A stretch of DNA of 60,039 nt, filler included, from Sphacelaria rigidula (taxonomy: Eukaryota), in the NCBI GenBank assembly GCA_964200075.2. It is 3 parts of 3 records of this genome, joined end to end, with 100 filler letters (N's around TTAATTAATTAA, not from the genome) between each part and the next. Parts side by side here need not be neighbours in the genome. Positions count along the whole stretch, not along the records: positions 20,054 to 40,004 come from CAXNAA020000584.1; positions 40,105 to 60,039 come from CAXNAA020000585.1; 1 more part is not named here. One strand, given 5' to 3'. Shown here in pieces: positions 38,524 to 56,290 of the stretch; within the stretch, counting starts at the first letter, position 1; the number at the start of each line of letters is the position of its first letter. The translations under genes were made by a program, and so were the position numbers. Below the pieces are notes generated by a model. The model searched no databases, was not told the DNA's origin, and was given only the letters and a program-made list of their open reading frames with translations.

Positions 38524-39842
38524 AGGCTTGGGGCGGGGGAGATGGAAACATAAAAAAAGGGGGAGGGGGAGAATCAGGAAAAACACTGAACTTGGTTGAC
38601 CGTGATTTTCATGGTTTCCTTGAACAACAAATGAGGGTACCCATCATCCCATCGTTATACTGTGTTTGGACATCCCTCACTCAATGGAGGCACACACCCG
38701 ACGGCACTGAGGCAGTACAACAAAAATAACGTTGTCAAACCGGTTAGACAATGCATGCAGGCTACCTGTGACTAGCAACTATGCTGCCGTGATTTCGCAG
38801 TTTCAGACGGTAAGCGAATGCTGTTGATTTTGTGTCATGTCTTCCAAAAACTACAAAAAAAATGTTGTACCACTCAAGGACATGACTCAATACATCCGGC
38901 AGCTAGAGACAAGCACGGTTCACGCCCATTGGCCCCAGAAAATTCTTCGTGACGAAGTCTTGCGAGCAGTCCGTGTCGGATAATTGACGCTAACCTTGCG
39001 TACAAAATACCATTTTCATAAACTCGCCGCACTGTCAGGAGTCAAAATCTCCGGAAAGTTCGCGAGGGAGTTCAGAGGGTTCAACAACCCGCCCCTTCTC
39101 CCCCTAATCTACGGACTGTGGGATGTAATACACTTCGATAGTATTGGCATGGTAACTTCTCACTACAATAAAGTACGAACACTTGGGTTGAAACACCTGC
39201 ACACGCTAATCAGTCCAGAGACTACCGAAATAACAGATCTACACACAGATTATATTCAACACGCGTCGGTCGTGGTCGTCCCTAGCCATGCACCACCGAT
39301 AAGACGAGACGGTTTCGAAAGATACTCTGGCGGGCGACACGACCCCCCCAACGAGACACTTGTGTAACAGCCGTGCTATCTCGACCCACAAAAAACGCGG
39401 GAAAATGTCCGTTGGTTATCTGTACACCTCTATAGTACGTACCCCGTCTTTAGCACGATGTAATCTGCACGCTGTGAAACTTGATCCTCTACCCTGACAC
39501 CTCATTCGCCACCTCAACTCAACACTGATGTGCACGTGCACCATATATATATATCTACAAGTGCAATTTGTTTTAGGTGAAATTTGACCACTGCAGCTCA
39601 GACGAGGCGGATTTGTGTCACCTCGGGGTCATTGTGTCTAGGGTTGACACAGGACTGAAATAACGGTAGCCCTAATCCGAGCTCCCAACCCAAGACATAC
39701 CAAAAACCCTCGAACAAGGGGGGTGCAAAGCTTGCCTTAGGCGAAATGTCCGTTGGCAGACCTCAAATCGGCGCCTGTTGCGCCAATTTCGACACAAACT
39801 TGTCTGTGCCCGCTAGTTCGAATTTCAGACTGTCAGCCGTTC

Positions 39843-39849
39843 TGTGTGC

Positions 39850-39908
<59 letters not shown>

Positions 39909-40004
39909 CGTGTGTGTGTGTTGTCGTCCCATTTATTCTGGGCGCCAGTCTACACCTTTCGGTATATGTGGGCACATCAGCCGGGGTCACACAGGAGGAA
40001 GGTC
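39843..40004 (-). mobile_element. 3' end of a retroposon-like repeat with (CA)n tail
   Basis: (TG)n at 39843-39920 abuts TTGTCGTCCCATTTATTCTGGGCGCCAGTCTAC, which recurs at 59996-60029 after a (GTT)n tract. Confidence 0.7.
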
Positions 40005-40104
40005 NNNNNNNNNNNNNNNNNNNNNNNNNNNNNNNNNNNNNNNNNNNNTTAATTAATTAANNNNNNNNNNNNNNNNNNNNNNNNNNNNNNNNNNNNNNNN
40101 NNNN
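40005..40104. other. Artificial contig spacer
   Basis: Same 44N-TTAATTAATTAA-44N linker. Confidence 0.98.
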
Positions 40105-42509
40105 AGAATTGTTAGGAGCCGCTGAACCAGACAAAATTTCGCGAAAAAAGTGCACCCCTACCGTATCATTGCTCTAACCGTGTATTTGCTTCGAAACATG
40201 TCCGCTTTCCAATCATTCGTAGTGTTTTACGTAACGACATGTACCCAGGGGAAACACCCGAAAAACGGTTGGTGCATGATACAAACGGTGGACTACAGAG
40301 CAAAACTTTCCGGTTAGTGCACAGGTTTATGCAAGAGCTGACTGCACAGTGGGTCAGTAGTGTATCTTCTCTAGTACACTACTTCGTATTATACTACTCT
40401 CTTATAAATTCCTGTAGGAGAGCGTCATGATCCGAGGCACTACGCCGAAAAACCTCAAGAAAATACAACACAGAGCAGGTAGCGTTTTGTACCCCTCAGT
40501 AAACGTGCAAGTTGCACAGGCCTACAGTACCGTGACAGTACCGTGACAGTCCGATGTTCTTCAAACGTCGAAATGCATGGTTAATGTGCAAGATCAGAAG
40601 CTGCGCAGTTGCCGCCCATGCTGTTTTCGTGCCATCACGCACGATTTATCATCGTCGGGGGGGCGCAGCATATGTCGTGAAAAAACTTCCAACAGCGTAC
40701 TTGTCGGTTTGCACCGCATTCCTCTTAGCAACAAAGTACTCCTCTCAGCACCAAAGTACTCTTCTCGGCACAAAAGAGTCCGTGAGATAAGAAAGGTCGA
40801 TCTAGTTATAAACAGCCCAGATGTGAACCGGTGTCTACACTCTCGAGCAGTTGAGATTTTCAGGGGCAATGAACTCGCAGCCAACGCGTCATGACCAAGG
40901 GTTATCGCGACGCAAACTCCATCCATTCGCGAAGAAGATACTCTATTTATGCGTCGTGCGGCGTGCCTTCCCGCTTGCAGGAAAGAATCATTGTGGTCTG
41001 TGCATGTCACATACGTCAGCATCAAACATCGTCTTATACTCGCCCATAGTTCAGCTGCTGCCGCCCCCCACCAGTCTCGTGACGACTACTCACCATACCC
41101 CGTAGCCAGTGAGGGATTGGAACTGTATGTTAGCATGCCACTAGCGATGTTGTCACCCCCCCCCCGAGCGTGCCCCCGCGCAGCGGTACGTTGAGTGCCA
41201 AGATGGAAATGTGATACGCAGAAACTAACATGTGTGGAACGGCTGAGATGTGCGTTTTTTTACAGCTGACACGTACGAAATCTTTCAGCAATACTCGTTT
41301 TCTAGTATATGTCGGCGCGCAGAGACAGCACCGAGACAGCAAGGGATACCTCGCAAAAATACCAAAGTCGTCGTCAGAGCGCTACCGGTCTGGTGTTACG
41401 ACCTTCATGTAGCGCTCGGAAGGTGTAGACAGTCGCCCAGTCCAGGAACTCAAACAAGCACCAGGGATGTTTATCGACCTCCTGCTGAGTATTTTTGTAC
41501 ATCTTAGCCGTGCCCGGGTGGTGCAGCTTGTGCTGCCGTACCAACAGCCAGTTAGGGTTGGAAGGTTGTCACTGCAAATCCCGACATGTACGAAAGTTTG
41601 GGGGGAAATCTGGAGTTCGCCGTAGAGAGCGTGAGGGCTTGAGTACCATTTTTTATTCGGCAAGCATCGACGCGGTGCGGGGGTGCTGATCAAATGAGCG
41701 GTACAAATTGTCAGGCAGGTACCGGGAAAGAGGTGGCTTGATGCCGTGAGACGACGGGGAGGGGTCAAGCGCAGGACGAAAATAAACAAAAATGGATTTG
41801 ATCATGATGCGACAGGAAAGGTGAAACACCTCACTTTTCTCCTGTGCAAGCCCTATAAAAGTCGTCATTTTCTGTCAAGAGAGGTTTTGTCGAGACTCTT
41901 TGGGCCATTTCCTACTCGAGTGTGGCGTGAAACCTTTTGTACAGGTACCTACCTCTTCACTCGTCTGCAACAGTGCGTCTTTTCTCAACAGGCTCGGCCG
42001 ATTTTATGCAACCTGGCACACGTGTTGAGCACACGCTTCGTGCTCTACAGTAGGAAGCACGAGTTTCTTGAAAAAAAAATGAGTTGAACGGAAAATATCC
42101 AAGTAGATATCACTTCGTTTTCTTCAGCTCTGCGAACCCTGTTGAGCGCGATTGGTACCTTCTGCCGGGTATCGCTGGAAACCTGCCTTCGCAGCCCTAT
42201 CGCTGATGCCCCTTGCTTCTGAAATTTCGTTGGTATCGAGAGGAGAGTACGGTAGCTCCCTCGCATGTATGTGTTCCGTTCCGCGTTATGGTGGTGATAC
42301 GCAAATGCACTCGTATTTATTGGAAAAACCTTGAACAATGTTTCGGTCGAAGATAAGTTTCGACAATGGAGGCGTTATCCCACCAACGATAACAGCAAGA
42401 CAGGTCTCAAGACTGCTCCGGCTTTCGCCTCATCACGTACCATATTCACATACCGACGAGTGAGTGTATTGATCAATTCACTTTCTGCTCGTGCTCGGTT
42501 TCACTGCAG

Positions 42510-45500
42510 GCTGCGACCGTCTTCGGAGGTGACGCTTGTGTGTCCGACACCGGTAGTGAAGGCAGTCCGAGGCGTGCAACACCTTACACCCTGTATTGGC
42601 GTGGTTGACGTGGAAGAGAGGTGGGTATTGCAGTGGATTTCATCATGTCGATTCAAACCTCTCTGTCACATCGTGCAAGGACGCAGCCGCACTATATTTT
42701 CTCTACAGTCGAAATCGCTTTCTATTACGTTGCGCACCCTGGACAATAGACTCTATTGTAAAAAAAATGTACTGCGTACAGTATGAAATCTATTGTCTAT
42801 TGCAATAGGCGCAATAGTCGATACTGTACGCAGTACACTTTTTGGATGTGTATTCTATTGTCCAGGGTGTGTTACGTTGCCTCTGCCGAAATCTTCACGC
42901 TTCTCCCGACGTTTTTCCTGTCAAGTTTTTAGATTACACTGGCTGAGTCGGCGCACCCTATCACGTGCGGTCAAGCGGTATCCGTACACCCGCTCGCCGC
43001 TTGCATCATAACTTTATCGGAGCGTTACTTGTTTGCACGCAACTCACCTTCTGGGAACGCCGATGTCGCTCGTCTCGCAAGGGATAAGTGGTCAATGGTC
43101 AAAAGACTGAGGCTAGCAACAAATGAGTACGCCCCCGCCCCCCCCCCCCCCACCTCGTGCTTGAGTGGCCTTCAGATCTGCCGACGACTTCGCGATGTCG
43201 CATCAGAACATTTCGCTGTTACGCGATTCCGTGACGCGCGTGGACAAAGCTCAAGGCCATGTCTTGCTGGCCAGCGGAAACACGGTCGCCTTCACAAGGT
43301 GCGGTCGCACTAAGTCGTTCCCTCGGCCAAAAGGTGATACCTACAGCAGGCAAGAGGGTGTATGTGTTTCAAGTTCGTTGCCGACTCACGCTGGATATGT
43401 TTATGCGTCCATGGACAGGTGCTGCGTAGCTACTGGAGCAACCCCGATACTCACGGCCATCCATCCCCGCGTGATTGGCATCCGGGACATGGAGGTATGG
43501 ACTCTCACATGGACTGTCTCACGGTGCTGTAGATCACCGTGTGTCGTCGGTTGACGTTGTATGCTAAGTCTCGGCTTTGCTCGTCATGATTCGATGCGTG
43601 TCATGAAGACACACTAAGTTATACTTAGCGCTTTCTTGTGGGCGGAAGGAAGAGATCGGGATAACCGGCGTTGTGGGTAACTGGTACACATTCAACGCAC
43701 ATGGTATTATGAAGGTTATACGAGTCCTACGGACCATAGCATCCGCGTTACAACATACGCGCACCGAGTGTCGAGTGTAGAGGGGGAAAACCTCCTTGTG
43801 TTTGAGGTGCAACAGGTTTGATGAGGCTAGCTCAACTGTGTAGGTCCGACGACGTCTGCAGGTTCCTCACTCGATCCCGACCCTACAATGCGCGCGTCGT
43901 CTTGACAGAGTGTTGAAACCTTGAGCGAGAGGTTAATGAACGCGAAGAAAGTGCTGATCATTGGCAATGGAGGGATCGCCCTGGAGCTTGTACATGCTCT
44001 CACTTCTGTAAAAGCTTGCCAGGTGCGTACTCGACAACCACCGTCCACTGCTTGTAGGGTTTTCCTCCCTCTCCGAAATAATTTCATAGTGCGTGTACGA
44101 CTGACATCGTGCAGGTGGTTTGGGCAGTTCGGGACGATTACGTCGGAAACACCTTCTTCGACGCCACGGCATCGGAGTTTCTTCTTCCCACGCTGTCACG
44201 GCTGACTGAAACCTCTACAACGCCTCCCACGACCCCAACAGCCACGCAAGCCCCAGCGGCACGGAGAGCGTCAGCCGGTGTCTCTCAAGAGGGAAGGGAA
44301 CCTTCATCCACCCGAGCGCCACCTTCAGCACATGCAGATCCGATTCAATGTGCTGGCGCGGGCTCGGCGGACAACACTGATGCGAGAATCGGCTTTGCCG
44401 AAAACTGTCCACCTGATCCTAGCATGAAGAGGAAGCAAGGAGGGGGTGGCGAAGCCGGTGTGAAAGACAGCCCGCTCATCTCTGGAGGGGGCCTTGGCCC
44501 TGATTGGGTAGACGCTTTGAAAGTCAAGGGGCTACCAGTGCGAACAGGTGTGGATCACAAACTTTAGAAATATATGATACATGGTAACGCGCAGTGCTGT
44601 GCATCTAGAAATAATCTACAAGTTCCAGAACTTGGGATATTCGGTTAACGTGTGATGATAAGAAGTTGCAGTTGACCTGTAAGCACTGTCTATCTATTTT
44701 ACATCACAGGACGTCTGGGTCATTATTTTCACTGTTGATCTTGGTTGCGTGGATCCCAACGCTTGTCTCCTGACATGTGTCTAGACCACAGAGAACTTCG
44801 TGCTACGGTCGTAACGCAAGTGAACGAGTTGTACCAAGCTGTACGATGTTGGAATGTAATTATGGTTGAACAGAGAGTGCGCCGTACAAGGTGAGTTTCA
44901 TAGGTCATATTTTTCTGGAGCAACACTCCCGGATGCAACCTGTGAATTTTGTCATGTGGTTGCCCACTTATCGGTACAGTAGTTCCTTCTCGAAGTCGAC
45001 AACACGTATCTTCGAGTTCCTGTGTTGTACGGTGTGCAAGTGACGGCAACTGGTGGGCGGGAACGCTTATTCCCGCCTTGTTCCCCCCTTCACCATCACC
45101 GTGTGGTGCCAGACCGCCAGAAGGATCGCGGACAGGATGAAGACCAACCGGACCGCCGAAAGCCATGCCTGGACATCCAGTTCTTGTGCGAGTTGGAGAG
45201 CATTATCGGGGAACAGGATAGGAAGGACCCAAGCGGCGAGAGCTGGCCGGTGTGGGCAAGGCTCACAAACGGAGCGGTCGTGGGTTGTGACTTCGTAGTA
45301 TCGGCTACCGGCGTTGCACCCAATACGGATGTTCTTGGTCCTGAATACGAGGTAGGTATTCAACTTGAACCTTTCTGTCGATATGTGCGCACCAGCACTA
45401 ACACGTGCAAACTGGGGGCGAGGGTAAAGAAGAGTTTTTCTCTGACAAGTAACGGGATAAGCTGCACCGTGTCCTTTGGCTTGAGGTGCGCAGGTGCGCG

Positions 45501-47940
45501 GTTTGCAAGAGCGCTCGTCACGGTATCTCAGCGGTACTTGGGTGCATAGCACGCTGGTGGTACCGTGCAGCGTAGATTGCTTGTGGTGGCGTCCATCGCC
45601 ACAAATCTCACGAGATTACTCCATGTTCCTTGTGACATGACCATACTCGGGACGCGCTTACACACCTGACTGGGGCGTACTTTGATCAACGTCCTCTTTC
45701 CACCGGTAAGCAGAGGGGGGAAGACGGTGGATTGGTTGTGGACGACATGATGAGGGTTTCACACATCAAGTCGACGGCGCCCCCCGGCGAGACCAACCAA
45801 GGAGGCGACACTCACGTGTTAAAAGCCAAGACGAGTGAACACACCATTTTTGCTGCTGGGGACTGTTGCTGTCTGGACTGGCCGAAGCGAGAGAGCTCTC
45901 ATTGGTTCCAGATGCGTCTTTGGAGTCAGGCAAGGTGTGATCTCTTCACGGATATCCTCACAGTACAGTGTACAGTATACTGATTAAATTGTCATTCGTC
46001 GACGCGCCCCTCACGAGAGGTTCTGCTCCATCGCTTGAAGCCGCATGCCTTGAATATGTGCTCAATCCTCAAGTCTTCGGGAGAGTGCCTGACTCTGTCC
46101 GTGCCTGACGTGCTTCACAGGTCAATGGGATTGTACACTGCTAAATGCATGGCCGATTGCGTGGACGAGCTTGGTTCAGTGGGCGCGTTCGACTTGTTTG
46201 TGCACGCAACAGAATTCTTCGGTCACAAGGCAAGCGCCTTTTTACACGGGAGATTTCCGGCAAAGCTGACGGATGTCTTTCGTTTCCCATCTTCGACTTT
46301 CACTCTCATGCCGGCGATCGATTCTTGAGTGATGCTACGGTAGGGGTGCACAAATATTTTCTGAGATTTGAATTATTAGGAGCCCTCTATCTCATGCAAA
46401 ACACGACCTATGAAAAAATATGGACATTTTCTACGAAAGCCCCCCCCCGAAAAACAGCTAGAAGTGTCACGAAAAAAAAATCCATACATCGCCTGATCTT
46501 CGGGTTCAGGCTCCATGAAGCGCCTCATATTGGCGACATTGGCTAGAAGGAACCCAAGCGTGGGAATTCTCAGCTTCTCGTTGTGCTCGGCTTTCCCCAT
46601 TTCGATTTACGTGGAGATTTTGCCACCCAAAACCATGCACTTTAGGGGGGGGGCGTACTCGTTTGTTGCTTGCCTTAGTCGTTTGACCATTGACCCCGCA
46701 TCCCTTTCGAGACGGAGCACTTTTGGGGGGGGGGGCTATCGTAGAAAGTGTCTATGAAAGTACGCCAGGATTACTACTCCAATGTGCTGGGGATATCCCG
46801 AATGAATTTGCAAACGGGGTTGCCCTGACCCATATTTTTGTGCATGTAGAATCATTTGTTGCTTGCCTTAGTCGTTTGACCATTGACCACGCACGCCGCT
46901 CAAACAGGAGTTTTTTGTTGTTGTTTTGGCACTCCACCTTCCTGCGGTTTTGGCTCTCGTCCATCGTGCAGTCGTATTTTGAATACCGACGAACACAGTC
47001 GTTGGGCATGATGTGAGAAAAGTAACCAGATCGTGTGACTTCACCGAGATTCGAAACCACGTCTCAACCGCCAGAAAGAGGTTTCGAGGATACCAAGTGA
47101 GTCACCGGGGCGACCGGCTAGATAAAGTGAAAACATCCTCTGGAATAAACTATAACGAGAGTGTAGGCACATCGTGCGCTGTGATCCTCCTCGTTTTCAT
47201 GTCCAAGCATCGTGCGCATCCTTGGGCCTTTTTGGCACAGGTGGCTTTACTGGGAAACTTCAATGGCCAAGGGTTAGGACCGTTAGTTCAAGACTTCGTG
47301 AGTAGACGCTTAGCGGTGAACGGAGGTGCCAGCATTCGACAGCAAGTACGCAGTGAGTGCACGCAAGACGAATCCTCTGATCGGTGCCGCGCAGAGGGAG
47401 GACCAGCCGACGTCCTCCAGGCTGAAGGCACGATGGGCGTTGGAAGGGGAAGCTCCGAAATCATGGATGGTACTGCTGTTTTGGTGCGCATGACGCCAGG
47501 GGTGGAGTACATAAAGGCGAGTGCGACTTACAACATGCCCATTGTGTCATTTGAACATACTGATACAACACAGTTGCGTTCTCAGCAAAGATACAAAAAC
47601 TGCCCTGTTTGTGATGGAGAAACCCAACCTTTTCACGGGTTTACTTAGCTCCGCATCCCATGCAAATGTGTCTGATGATGTCAACTCCGATTTGAAGTGT
47701 AAATGAAGCTGTCTCCGTGCCTTCGACGTGGTGATCACTTGTACGCTCCCACAAATACCCTATCCCCACCCACACACACAGGTGGTGCTGGAGAATGGAA
47801 AAGTCATGGGAGCGATGCTGATCGGAGATACGGGGCTCGAGGAAACCTTCGAGAACCTTATCCTCAATGGCACAGATGTAACCTCATTCGGGAGCGAATT
47901 GCTCAGTGTGGATGTGGACATAGAGGACTTCTTTGATTGA
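42510..47940 (+). CDS. PYROXD1: Pyridine nucleotide-disulfide oxidoreductase domain-containing protein 1; first exon not located
   Basis: Exons 42510-42620, 43176-43298, 43419-43494, 43909-44022, 44115-44547, 45113-45351, 45714-45934, 46121-46229, 47241-47516, 47782-47940, all phase-consistent. Diagnostic motifs IIGNGGIALELV, VGNTFFDA, LGPDW, CDFVVSATGV, IFAAGD, WFQMRLWSQAR, LEETFENLILN, DIEDFFD-stop. Confidence 0.95.
43070..43150 (+). mobile_element. Family A LINE 3'-end fragment with oligo(C) tail in PYROXD1 intron
   Basis: Reverse complement of 4153-4215; ends ATGAGTACGCCCCCGCCCCCCCCCCCCC. Confidence 0.7.
46370..46895. mobile_element. Nested repeats in PYROXD1 intron (fold-back family pieces + two family A LINE ends)
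   Basis: TTTGTTGCTTGCCTTAGTCGTTTGACCATTGACC occurs at ~46662 and ~46855; flanking blocks match 25004-25135. Confidence 0.65.
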
Positions 47941-48296
47941 TATGAACGAGAACTTTCAACGATGCTGTCAATCCACTTCCGTTCAATAACACGCCAGATG
48001 GCGCTCTGTCGTCATGTTTCTTCATCGTGTACGACACATTTCCACAGGCCATCAGTTCGGCTCATGTTTCGAAAGGACTATTTTTTTGTATTTTGCAAAC
48101 ATGGGCGTATCCGTCACCACAGGACGTTCATCGCATGGACTACAGACGGGCAACGTTATGTTGTACCACCAAACCTATACGTCCTGCCACCAAACATCAG
48201 CACTCTAGTCATGTTTTGGATATCAACCGCCAGTTTACGTGCCACCAGTGAACAGGATCTGCTCCGTCGTGGTGGAAGTCACGGGAGGTCCCTCAA

Positions 48297-53284
<4,988 letters not shown>

Positions 53285-55157
53285 TCACCAGTGGAACACG
53301 GCTCAAGGTCTCCCCGTGGCTCATTATTTTTCCATAACAGCATCCGTGATCTGTGGAATTCTTGGGACGCAAGTCAACATCGAAAATCAATCCCAACGCT
53401 TCGCGCGGATTCAAATGACGCCACTTGGTGCATGTTTATGCAGCACAACGTAAAAACCCACTTTAAATAACTACACATAACACATCATGCATTACAGTGA
53501 TGGATGGGGCTCATACCTGCCATCAACGGCGCTACTGATGTGCCTACTGCCTGGCTCCCCTGCGCATATTTCTTGCCCTTCTTTCATCAATACAGTAGAC
53601 TGCACATGGGCAGACAAGCAGCAGTGTACGCGAACACTGGACTTACTCGTTGAATTTCAGATTCTGGATAATGACCTGTGAGGTTGCCCACATAATAAAA
53701 GTCGCAGATCTACTCAACTGTCGCGCATCTTCTCAGGCTGCAACCCCACCCCCCACAATTATCAGGCATACAAAGCTGTTGAGGGCATATCTAGACGTGG
53801 AAAAAAGCAGCAAAATCTCCATCTGATTCAATTTTTGATGCTACAAATGGATTCCGCACAGGTAGCGAAAATGCCCCAAGTGTGCATTTTTGGGCTCAAA
53901 ACAACCGACAGCTGACAGGCCACAGCCGATCCAAGGGATTTGAACGCGGAGCAAAAGACTCCAATCATCAGTGTCGATAACCCTCACGACAGCTTTTACC
54001 CAACCACGTAGGTAGTGCTTGTTTCCGCTTAAATGCGTCAGTAAATTAGGTTTTATCAATTGTTTTCGCAAAACCACACAGCACAAAATATGCGAAAATT
54101 GCACACACACTTTAGGGCGGAGAAACTCCACACTAATTGCACACATCGTTGGTGCTCACCCATACTGGATGAAACGTGATCAAGTAAAGCACCTTGTGCT
54201 GTAGTGCGGTGAGGCTTTGTGCATCTGTGCGTCCCCCACTGTGGGTGTACCGCAATGCTGCATGCCCCCAAAATATTAGGCCCACGTTTGCACGTCGAAA
54301 CCTCCTGACCGGTACTGGTGGCTATGCCAGTTTTTTACACAGCATTCCACCCAAGTGCTCAACTTCTAGATTTCAAGCTTGTGTGGTGCAATGGAACTTA
54401 CGGAATGCAATGGTCAGTTTGCGGTTCGTGCGGTACACATTTGGGAGGAGTCAGGTCGGGGTGTTTGTTGAATATCGTCCACGTATATGTACCTCGAACA
54501 TATTTTGTAGGTAACAATACAACTATCCGTCGGGAGCTTCAATTTTTTTGCCTTAAACAGGCATCTTTGGATTGCCACCGCTCGTTATCTACACCAAAAT
54601 TAGCCCTTGGTGACATGAGACTAGAGCGATGATTGCGAGGCCCTCTCAGTACGCTCAGTGTCCAGTTGATGAATGGGGTCATATCGCTGTGACGTCAATC
54701 GCCCACCTGCACGAGTATGGGATATCGTAGTTCAAGTCAGAGGTATTCACGTACAGAACAGAAAACCCGGACCCCTTTCGGGACAGTGCTGGTACGCCTC
54801 GGGTACGATTTCGATGTTACACGGCACGTCACCTTGTTCAAATACAAACAATTCGACGGTGCAGGAGACAAACTTCATGATGACAAATAGCTGCCACTGA
54901 TTACTGCATGGACATAACGGGCTTCGGAAGGATGCATAGAGGGACCAGCGCACGAGAAAGTCGTTACTCTTGCGACTTCCTTTGGACCCAACGGATGCAT
55001 TCACTGTGTGCACGTGGTGTACTCTCGACAACCGCAAACATACTGCTGCAATCTACGCAACAACCATTCTCTCGATATGCCGAAACAGCCCCGGTCCCTT
55101 ACGGGGCAGCATTTAGCGCATATTTTGCAGGGATGCGTTTTTTTTTCGAAACCTCGA

Positions 55158-56290
55158 GGAGCGGATATCCGACTGTGAAAAATCACGGATTATGACGGAG
55201 CGGATATCCGCCAATGAAAATGTCACGGATTATTGCGGAGCGGATATTCGCCTGCTACCAATGCACGGATTATCGCGGAGCGGATTTCCGTGGCACGGAT
55301 TTTTTTCCCCTCCGTCGAGAAGCACAAACCGCGGCAATTCCCCACGGTGCACCGTCGCAGTAATCCGTAAAAACGATACGGTTATCGGCGAAAATTGTAT
55401 GACATCCGCGGATAGATACCAAAAAGTACAAGAGGAGTTGTTTTGCTGGGACTTCCAGCTGCTGGACAGGGGGGACGGCGGATTAAATAGCGCACATCTA
55501 ACGTCGAATCCGTGGAGAAAAAAAATAAAATAACTGACAACATTGAATATCACATGGCCTCTGAAGTAGGAGAGTGTTCGGCATTAGAATCCATGGTATC
55601 AACCGTCCGAGGTCCGCGCACCGCCGCCAAGTTCGAATTACGCTTTCCAGCTTGAGGTGCACGCTCGTCTGTGTGTGTGTGAATGTGTGTGTTCCGTGCA
55701 AGGGGCGGTTTGCATATTCACAGCAGAATTCCAGAACCAAATCAGCGGAGTGCTTATCCAGAACAATATTTTCATTCTTCAAATTCCAACTTACCCGGCA
55801 TTCGGAACAATTTTGCCCGTGGGATTTCGTGGCTTTTCAGCGATTTGATTTGAGTGATGCTACGGAGAACGCACGGATGAAGTACGGAGCACAATTCCAG
55901 AATCATATCGGCGAATTGCTTATACAAAACGATATTTCTTATACTTCGATTTCTAAGTGATCCGGCATTCAGGACAATTTCGTCCGTAGACTTTCGTGGC
56001 TCTCCAGCGGTTTGATCTGAGATATGCTACGGAGAACGCACGGATTACCTACGGAGTGGATGAAACCGCACCGTAGAGAACCGCGTTTCACGGTTCCCAC
56101 CGCGCAGCTGTAATCTATACGGAGCGGATTTTTCGAATATGGTACCGAGCGGAGCGGATATCCGCCAGTGGGAATAATCACGGATTGTCACGGAGCGGAC
56201 ATCCGCTTCCTACAAATGCCACGGAGCGGTGCGGGTTGACAAACCGCACCGTAATAATCCGCTCCGCGGATTTATTCTTAATCCGTGCAC
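55158..56290. repeat. CGGAGCGGATATCCG/CACGGATT repeat clusters flanking a ~168-bp tandem duplication
   Basis: ~39-40-bp units at 55158-55290 and 56119-56290; diverged duplication at 55725-55878 and 55892-56046. Confidence 0.75.

Noticed and set aside
40640..40680. FIIVGG segment as the missing PYROXD1 first exon
   Set aside because: Followed by AQHMS-stop, with no GGGIAG motif or suitable donor; probably chance.
53841..54146. VVRVIDTDD ORF as the upstream GluRS exon
   Set aside because: No FAPSPTG/HIGH motif, and DTD is already encoded by exon 53251-53147.
55158..55290. CRISPR array
   Set aside because: Eukaryotic context, spacers only ~12-13 bp, four degenerate units, no cas genes.
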